DNA of 64,000 nt. It comes from Deltaproteobacteria bacterium TL4 (lineage in GTDB: Bacteria; SAR324; NAC60-12). Below, piece by piece: positions 10,258 through 20,369 of the stretch. The notes under the pieces were generated by a model that ran no database searches, had not been told where the DNA came from, and saw nothing but the letters and a program-made list of their open reading frames with translations. The stretch is taken from positions 32,001 through 96,000 of the forward strand of contig JBBCAX010000033.1 in the NCBI GenBank assembly GCA_051382335.1, in the 5' to 3' direction. Both the position numbers and the translations under genes were made by a program. Each line of letters starts with the position of its first letter. Position 1 is the first letter of the stretch.

Positions 10258-11451
10258 CTAGGAACAGTAATACTCAGGTGCAACATCCAAAATACCATAG
10301 GTTTCTTTGGGATTTTCAATGGTCAAAGAATATTTTTTGTGATGCCACACTAAGTGATTACTCATTTCTTTTTCTGAAATAGAAAAAGAAAACTTATAAG
10401 TTCCTGTTCTTAATGAAAGGGCTTTGGTTACAATCTTGATCATTACAGAACCTTTAAGAGAATCCCAATGGTAGCCATCTGCATTTGAGTAATGTGAAAA
10501 GATTAAGGATTCATCAACATTGGAATGTAAATGCATCATAAAGATTGGATTTTGAACTTCACGATTAAAAAACACAGAAATTTCGAGCTCCAAAGGTTGA
10601 TGAGCCTGCAGTTTTTCTTTATATTTTACTTCTTGAATTTGTATATTATCGTCCGTGGCAATAATTTCACCCGCACTTGCACCGCTTAAATGAAGCATAT
10701 ACTGTTCATATTTATTTGCGATATCAACCGAATCACCATAATTTTGAAAAATACCTTTTTCAATCCACAGTGCGTAATCACACTGATGTTTTACATTATG
10801 CATCCCATGCGTAACCAGAATTATACTGCCTCCACTATTACGATATTCAAAAACTTTCTTAGCACATTTTATCGCAAAACCTAAATCACCAACGGCTAGC
10901 ACTTCGTCAACCAACAAAATGTCCGGCTGAGAATGAATCGCAATTGAAAAACCCAAACGAGCATACATCCCACTTGAATAATACTTCACCGGTGTATCCA
11001 TAAAGGCTTCCTCAATTTCAGAAAACGCAATAATCTCATCAAACTTATCTTTAACTTCCTGTTTCGTCATTCCTAAAATTTGACCGTTAATATAAACGTT
11101 TTCTCTTCCTGTTAACATAGGATGAAATCCTGCTCCAACTTCAATAAGGGCAGCAACCGTAGCATTAAGATTGATATTCCCTTTATCAGGCATAAAGATT
11201 CCACTGATCATTTTTAACATTGTAGATTTACCAGATCCATTACTTCCAATGAGTGCAAGGGAATCTCCTTGCTTTAGCTGAAAACTGATATTGTTTACAG
11301 CCCAAAACTCTGTTTTTCTTAATTGATCAGGATTGTGGTTTAATCCAACGAAATTTCGACATATATCAAAAGCCCCGTACAACATACTGTGTCGAAGAGA
11401 GCGACTATATTTTTTTGAAACATGATCCACTGAAAGAATGACCTCTCCCAT
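10258..11451 (-). CDS. wzt: Polysaccharide ABC transporter ATPase with C-terminal Wzt_C-like domain
   Basis: GSNGSGKST, YSSGMYARLGF, DEVLAVGD, plus a ~150-aa beta-rich C-terminal extension. Confidence 0.88.
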   Translation of the reverse strand: MGEVILSVDHVSKKYSRSLRHSMLYGAFDICRNFVGLNHNPDQLRKTEFWAVNNISFQLKQGDSLALIGSNGSGKSTMLKMISGIFMPDKGNINLNATVAALIEVGAGFHPMLTGRENVYINGQILGMTKQEVKDKFDEIIAFSEIEEAFMDTPVKYYSSGMYARLGFSIAIHSQPDILLVDEVLAVGDLGFAIKCAKKVFEYRNSGGSIILVTHGMHNVKHQCDYALWIEKGIFQNYGDSVDIANKYEQYMLHLSGASAGEIIATDDNIQIQEVKYKEKLQAHQPLELEISVFFNREVQNPIFMMHLHSNVDESLIFSHYSNADGYHWDSLKGSVMIKIVTKALSLRTGTYKFSFSISEKEMSNHLVWHHKKYSLTIENPKETYGILDVAPEYYCS

Positions 11452-11454
11452 AGT

Positions 11455-12318
11455 TCAAATTCTCTCTGCAATTTTGGGTTGAGTGATGCGAAAAAACCGT
11501 AGAGATGTGATAAATATAATGGCAATTAAAACGGCTGTAATCCAGTATTCAGAGGAAAGAGGTTGGTTGTAGAGGAGTAAGTTTCTTGAGGTATTGATTA
11601 GGTAATTGAATGGATTCCAATAATTCATTAATCCCAATAGGCTATGTTCATCAATAGGATACATAATGGGCGTAAGCATCATTAAAACATTAATAAAAAT
11701 AGGAAGGATTACTATCACATCACGTACGACTCCAGCAACAATTGAAAGGAAAAATCCCATTCCAACAGCAAATAAATAGACAGGAATTAGTGATAAGAAC
11801 CAGAGAAAAACGGATTCAAAATCAACAGTGACATCATAATAAACCAGTACTGCAATTAACAACGGTAATCGAATTAAAAACTCCACAATCCCAATGGCTG
11901 AAGTTGATAACACTAATGAAGATCTCGGAAAATTGATCTTTGCAATCATCCCCCCGGCATTCACCAGACTGGTCGTCGCCGTAGTAAAAGATACCGAAAA
12001 TAAATTCCATGTCATCAATCCAATCAAGGCGTAGACTATATAAGGGACGTTAACTCCAGAAATATTCAATACTCCTGAGCTATTTAGAATGATAAACATT
12101 CCTATTGTTAACAATGGTAATAAAAAAGCCCAGACTATACCCAACACCGATTGTTTATACCTGACTGAGAATTCTCGTACAAAAAAACTCCAAACCAAAT
12201 CCCAATATTGAGACTGTGCCTCTATCTGCAATCGAATTTTTTTGAAGAATGTTTTCTTATTCACAAAAGACACACCATTCGGTGTATAGTTGATATTGTT
12301 ATCAGTCATTACCCTCAA
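11455..12318 (-). CDS. wzm: Polysaccharide ABC transporter permease
   Basis: REFSVRYKQSVLGIVW, KINFPR, TPIMYP, NPF; about 6 TM segments. Confidence 0.88.
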   Translation of the reverse strand: MRVMTDNNINYTPNGVSFVNKKTFFKKIRLQIEAQSQYWDLVWSFFVREFSVRYKQSVLGIVWAFLLPLLTIGMFIILNSSGVLNISGVNVPYIVYALIGLMTWNLFSVSFTTATTSLVNAGGMIAKINFPRSSLVLSTSAIGIVEFLIRLPLLIAVLVYYDVTVDFESVFLWFLSLIPVYLFAVGMGFFLSIVAGVVRDVIVILPIFINVLMMLTPIMYPIDEHSLLGLMNYWNPFNYLINTSRNLLLYNQPLSSEYWITAVLIAIIFITSLRFFRITQPKIAERI

Positions 12319-12325
12319 CTCAAAT

Positions 12326-13123
12326 TTACTTTATTGCAGTAATGTAAAGGTCTAATCCCATAAGACGAGCAACATTGTTCAAAAAAATTTTTCGTGGAAT
12401 AACAAGACCTGTTTTTATTATGGAAATATCATCAAAGTTTTCAGTATTTATTGACATTTGTGAAAAATCAGAAAAATATTTTTTTATATTTCTTCGAGAA
12501 GAAAAGATCGTATCAGGAGGAGGAGCCCCGTTAGAATCAACATCATAGGCCGCCTTGGAAAAATCGTGGTAGGTTTGTTGTGTTTTCTTAATTTTATTGA
12601 TCAAGTATCGCATCGGTAACAAAGCATAGCGCCTAAAAGAATCTCTATTGTAAACCATCACAATCGCTTTTCCTCCTTTTTTCAAAACTCTGAATACTTC
12701 CTGTACCGCTTTAGGAAAATCCCCCGTGTGATGTAAACATCCTATCGAAACAACACAATCAAAGGTTTTATCTTCAAAATCAAGATTTCTCGCATCACCT
12801 TGTATTGCGGTGGCCTGATTGTTTTTTTCACAAAATAGAATTCTTTGATTCATCATATCCACAGGACTTTTAGCAAAATCAACACCTACATACCGAGCAC
12901 TTGAGTTAAAAAGTAACTGTCCAACTGTTCCATAACCAAGACCAATTTCAAGGATACTTTTTCCTTTTATTTCTGAAATAGGAAGGTATTTTTCCAAATA
13001 AGGATAGTAATCCATATACCATTGATCGAAGGTTTCCAATGCTTCTTTTGTAGCCACCCCAAGTCCCAAATTTGTCCAAGCGATGGTTCCACATAATTCA
13101 TCCCAAAAATTATTTCTCTGCAT
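12326..13123 (-). CDS. Class I SAM-dependent methyltransferase
   Basis: ILEIGLGYG, GDARNLDF, LHHT, RVLKKGG. Confidence 0.85.
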   Translation of the reverse strand: MQRNNFWDELCGTIAWTNLGLGVATKEALETFDQWYMDYYPYLEKYLPISEIKGKSILEIGLGYGTVGQLLFNSSARYVGVDFAKSPVDMMNQRILFCEKNNQATAIQGDARNLDFEDKTFDCVVSIGCLHHTGDFPKAVQEVFRVLKKGGKAIVMVYNRDSFRRYALLPMRYLINKIKKTQQTYHDFSKAAYDVDSNGAPPPDTIFSSRRNIKKYFSDFSQMSINTENFDDISIIKTGLVIPRKIFLNNVARLMGLDLYITAIK

Positions 13124-13166
13124 ACTTTTCCTGAAGTTCCGTTAAAGCGTGATAGTACCCGTTTTT

Positions 13167-13745
13167 TTATTCAACTTTCTCTATTTCATCTTCAGAGATA
13201 ATCTTATACCTCACTCCGATACTGTCCTTTGCCATCCCACCTTCACCAAAATCGAGAACATCGCCATAAGCACTCATCCAGCCAATGATTTTGGCGGGAA
13301 CCCCTGCGACCATCGCGTAAGCGGAAACGTCTTTAGTCACGACTGCCCCGGCTGCGACAAAAGCACACTCGTGGAGGATTACCCCACAAACAATCGTTGC
13401 GTTTGCGCCAATGCTGCTGCCCCGTTTGACCAAGGTTCTGAGATAATCCTTGCTGGTATTTCTGGGATATTCAGTGCGAGGCGTTTTGACATTGGTAAAA
13501 ACCATGCTGGGTCCACAAAAAACATAATCTTCTAAAACGACTCCTTCATAAACAGAGACATTGTTCTGAATTTTGCAATAATTTCCAATCACAACATGAT
13601 CGGCAACAAATACGTTTTGTCCCAAATTACAATGGTCCCCGACCTTTGCCTTTCCCATTACATGAGAATAATGCCAAACCTTCGTTCCCTCTCCAAGGAT
13701 GGCGCCTTCATCAACATACGCTGATTGATGCACAAAATTACCCAT
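13167..13745 (-). CDS. wbpD: Hexapeptide-repeat N-acetyltransferase (WbpD/WlbB-like)
   Basis: KIQNNVSVYEGV, CGPSMVFTN, IGANATIVCG, GVPAKIIGW. Confidence 0.85.
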   Translation of the reverse strand: MGNFVHQSAYVDEGAILGEGTKVWHYSHVMGKAKVGDHCNLGQNVFVADHVVIGNYCKIQNNVSVYEGVVLEDYVFCGPSMVFTNVKTPRTEYPRNTSKDYLRTLVKRGSSIGANATIVCGVILHECAFVAAGAVVTKDVSAYAMVAGVPAKIIGWMSAYGDVLDFGEGGMAKDSIGVRYKIISEDEIEKVE

Positions 13746-14695
13746 TATTTTTCCTTCAGTATTTGATGTGAGTGTTTCTGAACGCCCATAGGCTGGAGAT
13801 TACGAATGTCATGAACAATCTGAGTCGCATTACGAATGTCTTCAATACCAAATCCATTTCCTGCTAAAGTTCGCTCATAAATTTTTGTATGAAGGTCCGT
13901 AAAGCCCTCGGAAAACTCCACTTCTTGAGAATCAATGGAAATAGAACGAAAGGTCCGTTGTCCTTTCGCTTTTAGGGTGTCAGGTAAATTTTGTGCATCA
14001 ATAGACAAAAACCAGGGAATATGAGCACGCTCTAATTCCAGATAGCCTGAGACCGTATATTGATCCGAGTAGTGAACTTCATTGCGAACAACAGAGCCAA
14101 ATAACCATTGCAGAAGATCAAAAAAATGCACACCAATGTTGGTTGCCAAGCCCCCCGATTGATCAAGGCGCCCTTTCCAGGAATAGTGATACCATTTTCC
14201 CCTGGACGTAATATAGGTCAAAGTGACCTTATGTTTATGAGCCTTTGATTCCTGGTCTATTTTCTGTTTCAAGGCACACAAAGTCTCATGCACCCTTAGC
14301 TGTAAAACGGTGTTGATCCGTTTCCCTGTTTCTTCCTCAACCTCAGCTAAAGCATCCAGGTTCCAGGGGTTCAAAACTAATGGCTTTTCGCAAATTACAT
14401 TGGCACCTGAGCGTAAAGCGGTTCTGATATGAGCATCATGGAGATGATTCGGCGAACAAACGCTAACGTAATGGACTTCCTGGCCTTGATTGACACGTCT
14501 CAGCTTTTCCAAATGCCTGGAAAATCTTTCAAATTCGACAAAAAAACTGACATCGGGAAAATAAGAATCCAGAAGTCCAACCGAATCATGAGGATCAATC
14601 GCAGCCACCAGAGTGTTGCCTGTTTCTTTAATCGCTTTTAAGTGTCGAGGGGCTATGTACCCTGCAACCCCTGTAATCGCAAAGTTCTTGGACAT
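13745..14695 (-). CDS. wbpB: UDP-GlcNAcA 3-dehydrogenase, Gfo/Idh/MocA family (WbpB/WlbA)
   Basis: GVAGYIAPRH, CSPNHLH, CEKPLV, TNIGVHFFD, EFSEGFTDLH. Confidence 0.88.
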   Translation of the reverse strand: MSKNFAITGVAGYIAPRHLKAIKETGNTLVAAIDPHDSVGLLDSYFPDVSFFVEFERFSRHLEKLRRVNQGQEVHYVSVCSPNHLHDAHIRTALRSGANVICEKPLVLNPWNLDALAEVEEETGKRINTVLQLRVHETLCALKQKIDQESKAHKHKVTLTYITSRGKWYHYSWKGRLDQSGGLATNIGVHFFDLLQWLFGSVVRNEVHYSDQYTVSGYLELERAHIPWFLSIDAQNLPDTLKAKGQRTFRSISIDSQEVEFSEGFTDLHTKIYERTLAGNGFGIEDIRNATQIVHDIRNLQPMGVQKHSHQILKEK

Positions 14696-14711
14696 CAGAA
14701 TTCCTTGAAAA

Positions 14712-17339
14712 TTATAATGCGGTTTTGACCGTAATCATTAAAGCAATGGTGGTGATGGTTTTAAAAATGATATCCACCACTGTCGCGGTTTCTAGTAATG
14801 AACTTTCACGAGGAGACAAATCAGGAGGGACAACGATCGTATCCCCCGCTTGCACCACATAATCCGACAGATCTTTCACCACGGTTCCATTGGGGCGTAT
14901 TACATAAGTATCGTCAAGTTTGACCAAGGATCTCGCACCACCCAAGGAATTAACGTAATATTCAGCTTCCTCTCCCGCTTTGATCGGAAGAGAGGCTTCA
15001 CCTCGAGTGTCTCCTTTAACCAAAACCGTATTGAGAAAAGGCGGAATCGTTAAACTGTCCCCATCCATCAACTCAAAATTATCTGGGCTTCGTTCAAACT
15101 CATCAGCAGGTTTCAATTCAATAACCAACTTTCCAATATTTATTTCTTCAATTTTTGATTGTTCTTTCTGCGAAACATTCTTCTCTCCCTGGTTTGTCGC
15201 TTCTGCTGCGGAAAGGGCTGCGAGTTCATTACTTTCTTTTTTTTCCTGATTGGTTTCTTTGACATTTTCCTTGACCACAGAAATGGCCCTTAAATGGGTC
15301 TCAGGGGAGGTCAAACTTGCTGAAGCTTCGACGGTACTTTGCAAAATAGAACGGTCCATGTCGCGGTTTAAACGCCGATCAGTGGCGTCTTCCCTCGTTT
15401 TCAAGATCCGTCTTGAAAACACAGCTCCTGGAAGAAAGGCTTTGTTCGTAAATCCTCCCGCTTTTTTTAATAAGTGACTGATCCGCTCGCCTGGTAAAAA
15501 TTCATAGGTTCCAGGATACAAGACCTCTCCGGTAATGGAGGCAAATTGCTGTTGTTTATATCCTGCAAGATGCCGAAGAAATATAGAATCACCGTTTTTC
15601 AGAATCAAAGGCGGTTGAGTTTCATGAGTGGCAGGATTAATTTGAACGGTGAATTCATTCCGAGTCGGTTTTTCGTCCACAAATTCCCAGCGTGTAACAC
15701 GGACTATAGGATCAAGCGTTTGTCGATGGTTTAAACCTCCCGCAACAAAAATCATACTTTTCAAACTCATGTTTTCATATAAGGGGTAGCTCCCAGGATT
15801 TCGAACAATTTCCCCATGAATCGTAACTTTTCCACGACTGATAGGGTATAAGCGAATCTTATCTCCATCCTGAATCAGGAAGTCTTTCATTTGTTGATCG
15901 GCCAACACCAGATTGTAATCAAAGGAAATCACTTGTTCTTCCGGAGCAAAACGATTCTTATGATAACTCAACCGAAGAATCTCTCCCCGACTGGCTTCAA
16001 TTTCCTCTCGTAACATCCCGCCTTGTTTTAAGGCCTGCTTTATACTCAACCCTGGAGTTAATTCAAAAGAACCTTCATAAGTGAAGGGGCCTTTGAGGGT
16101 AAATAATTGTTTATTAACCTCAGGGGCGGGAAATATTTTGATAATGTCAAAATTATGTACCGCTTGCTGTGCGGGATCCTCGGTGCTCAAATCCAAAGTG
16201 TTCAGCGTTCGTCCTTTACTGTCAGAAAGTCGTTCCACTTGAATTCTGCCTTGATTTGAGGTGGGTAATATACCACCTCCCAATTCAATTACTTCAGCCA
16301 GGGTTTTTTCTTCTGACAATTCATAAATGCCAGGCTTTCGGACATCACCAGCAAGAGCTGCCGCTTTTTTGAGTAAGGGAACAAATAAGGTATCCCCGCT
16401 TTTCATGTGGACTGATTCAAGGGCTTCGCCTCTCAAAAAATAACCATAGAGGTCCACATTGCCAACGAGTTTTCCACTGCGCTTCCATTGGATGTGTCTC
16501 AAGCTCCCACTTTTTTTAATGCCTCCAACCATCGACAGAATATTATAGACCGATGCGATGGCAGGCACACGATGCAGTCCCGGAGTACGTGCTTCTCCAA
16601 CCACGTTAATCTGAATGGAACGCAATTCTCCCAAAGAGACATACAGAAATTTCGTTTTTTCTGATAACTGCTGATTTAGTTGATCCAACGTTATATCCCA
16701 AGCAAGAATAGGCTGAACACCCGGAGCATGCAAAAGTCCATTATGGTCGATAACTATTGTTTGATTACCTGCTTTTTCTCCTGTGGTTGTATTTTTCGCC
16801 AAACTGTCATGAATTACCAATTCATCTCCTGGGCCTAAACGATAATTTTCTGGGAGCGCAGGATCTGTGATCGGATCAAACGCAAACTGATCCGCATGAA
16901 GCTGGTCATACCCATACTGTTTCAAATATTTTCGATCCAAGAGTTCATCTTCCGCTTCTTGCTCAGGTGTTGCTTTCTTGGCCTGACTCTCTTCTGGGGA
17001 CTCAGAAACCTGTAATTCAAAGTTGCGAAATAACCCGGAAACCAAACCAGGTTGTAACAACCGCTCAAGATAAGAAAGATCTGAAACGATTTTGCGCTGA
17101 GCTTTTGGTGTTTGTACCGGAGCAACTTTACTACTTTCAGGGACTGGAGGCAGTTCTGGTTTTACTGGTTTTACTTGCTGCGGAGGTTCTGGCTCGGGAA
17201 GAGGTATGTTTCTTTGCAGTCGAGATGGTGTATTGGAAAGATTCAGTGCACTTTGGCTGAGAAGCAAAGCCGATTGTGCCCAACTCGCTCCATTCCACAG
17301 TAAGGCTATGGCAAGTAATAGTAACCGTATCCGATTCAT
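14712..17339 (-). CDS. Polysaccharide export protein with multiple SLBB domains (KpsD/Wza-like)
   Basis: Signal peptide, YRLGPGDEL, repeated GEV/GDV..PG.Y SLBB units, GDTIVVP. Confidence 0.85.
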   Translation of the reverse strand: MNRIRLLLLAIALLWNGASWAQSALLLSQSALNLSNTPSRLQRNIPLPEPEPPQQVKPVKPELPPVPESSKVAPVQTPKAQRKIVSDLSYLERLLQPGLVSGLFRNFELQVSESPEESQAKKATPEQEAEDELLDRKYLKQYGYDQLHADQFAFDPITDPALPENYRLGPGDELVIHDSLAKNTTTGEKAGNQTIVIDHNGLLHAPGVQPILAWDITLDQLNQQLSEKTKFLYVSLGELRSIQINVVGEARTPGLHRVPAIASVYNILSMVGGIKKSGSLRHIQWKRSGKLVGNVDLYGYFLRGEALESVHMKSGDTLFVPLLKKAAALAGDVRKPGIYELSEEKTLAEVIELGGGILPTSNQGRIQVERLSDSKGRTLNTLDLSTEDPAQQAVHNFDIIKIFPAPEVNKQLFTLKGPFTYEGSFELTPGLSIKQALKQGGMLREEIEASRGEILRLSYHKNRFAPEEQVISFDYNLVLADQQMKDFLIQDGDKIRLYPISRGKVTIHGEIVRNPGSYPLYENMSLKSMIFVAGGLNHRQTLDPIVRVTRWEFVDEKPTRNEFTVQINPATHETQPPLILKNGDSIFLRHLAGYKQQQFASITGEVLYPGTYEFLPGERISHLLKKAGGFTNKAFLPGAVFSRRILKTREDATDRRLNRDMDRSILQSTVEASASLTSPETHLRAISVVKENVKETNQEKKESNELAALSAAEATNQGEKNVSQKEQSKIEEINIGKLVIELKPADEFERSPDNFELMDGDSLTIPPFLNTVLVKGDTRGEASLPIKAGEEAEYYVNSLGGARSLVKLDDTYVIRPNGTVVKDLSDYVVQAGDTIVVPPDLSPRESSLLETATVVDIIFKTITTIALMITVKTAL

Positions 17340-17580
17340 ACATCCCTGTTAACTAGTTATCGCACATGATATTGAGACGAGTTTTGCTGGAGTATATTCT
17401 GAGGATCCTTCAACGTCACAGATCAGAATACTAACTGATGCTCTTCATAAAATAAAGGAGGCACCCTTTCATAACCCACACCAATTGTCCAGATAAAAAG
17501 GCTCTCAAAATAGAGTAAATTTAATCGGATTTCTCTCTGATTTGATTTGACGATTGTCTCATTTCATAGCAGAGTGAACC

Positions 17581-17973
17581 TTGTCTCCCCGATCCTTCAT
17601 TAATCAACAATCAAACAAAGTTTCTATGTGGATTAGAGATTTATCTATCCTGTGTTCATCCTCCTCAGAAAAAGTTTTTGAAATCTTACTCCGTTATGTG
17701 ATTCAAACGGGAAAACCTACACAGTCTCAAGTTCCTATTGAAAAAACAAATCCATTTTACATCGCACTACCGGAGGAATTACTCCTGATTCTTACCACTG
17801 AAACTTCAACCCCAAATGGGGCAAATTTAAAACTGCGTATTCAACCTTATAACCTTCCTGATGAAATGGATCAAAAGCAAGTACTCAACACTTTTCCCGA
17901 ACGTCTCATTCACTATCTAGACGAAAAGCAACCGGAGTGGGAGTTGACACTGCACCCTTTGTCTCACCCTTGA
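17581..17973 (+). CDS. Hypothetical protein
   Basis: 130-aa ORF filling the gap, convergent with kdsB; start uncertain. Confidence 0.45.
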   Translation: MSPRSFINQQSNKVSMWIRDLSILCSSSSEKVFEILLRYVIQTGKPTQSQVPIEKTNPFYIALPEELLLILTTETSTPNGANLKLRIQPYNLPDEMDQKQVLNTFPERLIHYLDEKQPEWELTLHPLSHP

Positions 17974-18713
17974 ATCTTTTTAAAAACCGCTTCTGCTCTT
18001 TCCAAATCTTTGGGACAATCTACTCCTACCCCTTCATTTTGAGCTTTGACGCAAAGTATGGTTTCTCCATGCTCTAAAATTCGAAGCTGCTCTAACTCTT
18101 CAGACTGTTCCAAAAGCGAACGATTCCATCGATGAAACTCTAATAAAAAGGATTTTTTGTAAAGATACACGCCGATATGTTTCCATCGTGTTGTTTGAAA
18201 GCCCCTGGAATAGGGAAGAGGAGAACGTGAGAAATACAGAGCTTCTTTTTGCTGATTAAAAACCACTTTGACAATATTAGGATCCAAAAAATGTTGTTCC
18301 TCCAAGATGGGAATTGTCAGCGTCGCGACTTTAGCGTTACCATGAGCCATTGTGCTTTGAATCAGTGTTTCCAAATCATCAGGATTAATCAAAGGTTCAT
18401 CTCCTTGGACATTAAGAACCCATTCACAGGACAAGTTAGCAATTGCTTCAAGCACTCGATCCGTCCCTGTCGCATGATCGGATCGAGTCATCACAACCTC
18501 ACCGCCAAAGGACTGAACGACTCTATAGATTCGATCATCGTCGGTTGCGATAACTACTCGATCTACCGAGGCAACTTTGTGGACTCTTTCATAAACGTGT
18601 TGAATCATGGGCTTGCCCGCAATCAAAACCAAAGGTTTACCAGGAAAACGACTGGATTGATATCGTGCGGGGATGACTGCAATAACATTCAAAGGTGCTG
18701 TTGTTTGCTGCAT
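17964..18713 (-). CDS. kdsB: 3-deoxy-manno-octulosonate cytidylyltransferase
   Basis: IPARYQSSRFPGKPL, TGTDR, NVQGDEP, ALYFSR, ELEQLRILE. Confidence 0.95.
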   Translation of the reverse strand: MQQTTAPLNVIAVIPARYQSSRFPGKPLVLIAGKPMIQHVYERVHKVASVDRVVIATDDDRIYRVVQSFGGEVVMTRSDHATGTDRVLEAIANLSCEWVLNVQGDEPLINPDDLETLIQSTMAHGNAKVATLTIPILEEQHFLDPNIVKVVFNQQKEALYFSRSPLPYSRGFQTTRWKHIGVYLYKKSFLLEFHRWNRSLLEQSEELEQLRILEHGETILCVKAQNEGVGVDCPKDLERAEAVFKKIQG

Positions 18714-18986
18714 TTCTACCTCATTAGAAACGTAAATGGTTACTCAAAAGTTATTAATTTTCGGGTCATCGTCTTTGAACCACAAACATTGGAAATTCCA
18801 TGATATGTAGTGACTCTAGTCCTTTTTTTAAAACGAAAAAGAGTGAATTTGTATTGACCTTCAAATCCTTCATGATTTTTTTTATAAAAACTATTGAATG
18901 TCAGTTCAAAAATCGTTAGTAAAGAACATGAGGCCGTGTGTGACTGCCTTCTCTTGATTCAGAATCTGTGATAAGTCTAAACTCAA

Positions 18987-19277
18987 ATGGAGAAACCTGT
19001 GGATTCAGAGATTCTAGTACGGGACGTTTCCCTAAAGCACATCATTAATAGAAACGAAGAACGTGTTGGTCGTCTGATGCCTAGGGTTCTGGATGAGTTT
19101 CCCGGCAGGAATTTTTCTGATATCGATATTGAAGATATCTATGCCTTAACCTTAAACCGTCTGACTCCCCGCTATGTTCAGTTTGGCAGCTTAATCGAAC
19201 ATGAAGACCTTACAGACGAACGTATACAGGATCAGATTCGAAACGCAATCAGAATTGTTACAACGCATCCTCGATAG
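18987..19277 (+). CDS. ComFB family protein
   Basis: NRNE...DIYALTLNRLTPRYV...HPR, matching the ComFB pattern. Confidence 0.8.
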   Translation: MEKPVDSEILVRDVSLKHIINRNEERVGRLMPRVLDEFPGRNFSDIDIEDIYALTLNRLTPRYVQFGSLIEHEDLTDERIQDQIRNAIRIVTTHPR

Positions 19278-19445
19278 TTTCATTGCTCATGTTCTCCTAG
19301 ATGTGCACCTTCTTTGCATTCCTTAATTGAATTGACGGGTTTTTGCTTCAAAAGGAAAAAAATAAATTCATAAACCATGGTTTTGGCTCCTTTAGAAGAA
19401 AATATTTCCACCCTCGTCGGATAGAAACTACTTCCAGGATCGGTT

Positions 19446-19673
19446 ATGAGTGACCTCGCCAAAGAAATGCAAGAAGTCATCGAAGCACTTCAACTTGAAA
19501 ATGCGATTGACGAACAAAATGAAAGAGCACGAGATGGTCTTGGTGCCGCGAAGCTTGATCCATTTCGTGCGGAATATCGCAGAGGGGTGATGTATGGCCT
19601 GCAAAAAATGAAGCGAGTATTAATCGTACACGCCATGAGACAGAATAAGCCTTACCCTCCTCCAAAGGAATAA
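19446..19673 (+). CDS. Small hypothetical protein
   Basis: 75-aa ORF with a plausible RBS and helical composition. Confidence 0.55.
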   Translation: MSDLAKEMQEVIEALQLENAIDEQNERARDGLGAAKLDPFRAEYRRGVMYGLQKMKRVLIVHAMRQNKPYPPPKE

Positions 19674-19928
19674 TGCATCATTTTCTTGCAGTTTCCACAA
19701 TTCCTTACTACAAAACCACCATCTCATTTCCGAAACAATACCATCCAAATGAAGCATTAAAATGGAAATCGCTCAAATAAACGGAACTTAAAGTTCTTTT
19801 TTAGGAGGTGATAGAACATAAATGTTATTTGATATCAATATTTTATTTAAATGGCCCACTTACTGCTAAACGCAAATCTCTAGAATGTTATGAGACTTAA
19901 TTCTTTTTTTGACAACGGAGGTACTAGC

Positions 19929-20312
19929 ATGAAGGATATTTTAGCAAAACTACAGGAAGAGAAGCATAAAATAATGCAACAATTACAAACTAATGGACTC
20001 TCCAGTGAAGAGCATGATGTCGGAGATGACATTGATAACTCAGTTGAAGAGCAAACATACCGACTGCGGGATCTTTTAGGTGACAGGGAAAGAGCCAAAC
20101 TGGAACAAATCAATGATGCCTTACGACGCTTTGAATCGGGAGAATATGGCTATTGTGATGAGTGCGGTGATCCTATTGCTCCGAAGCGTCTTAAGGCTCT
20201 TCCTTTTGCACGAATGTGCGTAGAGTGCCAACAACAAACGGAACGACAATACTATCAAGGCAGTTTATTACATAATAATCGAGGTTACTATCTTGAAGAA
20301 AACGACCAATAG
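19929..20312 (+). CDS. DksA/TraR C4 zinc-finger protein
   Basis: DDIDNS, YGYCDECG..I...RL.ALP.ARMCVECQ; GGAGG RBS before the ATG at 19929. Confidence 0.88.
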   Translation: MKDILAKLQEEKHKIMQQLQTNGLSSEEHDVGDDIDNSVEEQTYRLRDLLGDRERAKLEQINDALRRFESGEYGYCDECGDPIAPKRLKALPFARMCVECQQQTERQYYQGSLLHNNRGYYLEENDQ

Positions 20313-20369
20313 GACTATAGTCATGGTGATGCAACAATAATTGGGAACACTTTGCAAAAAGTCCAAACT

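Noticed and set aside
17340..17580. ops/JUMPstart element upstream of the glycan operon
   Set aside because: No GGCGGTAG-type motif found by eye
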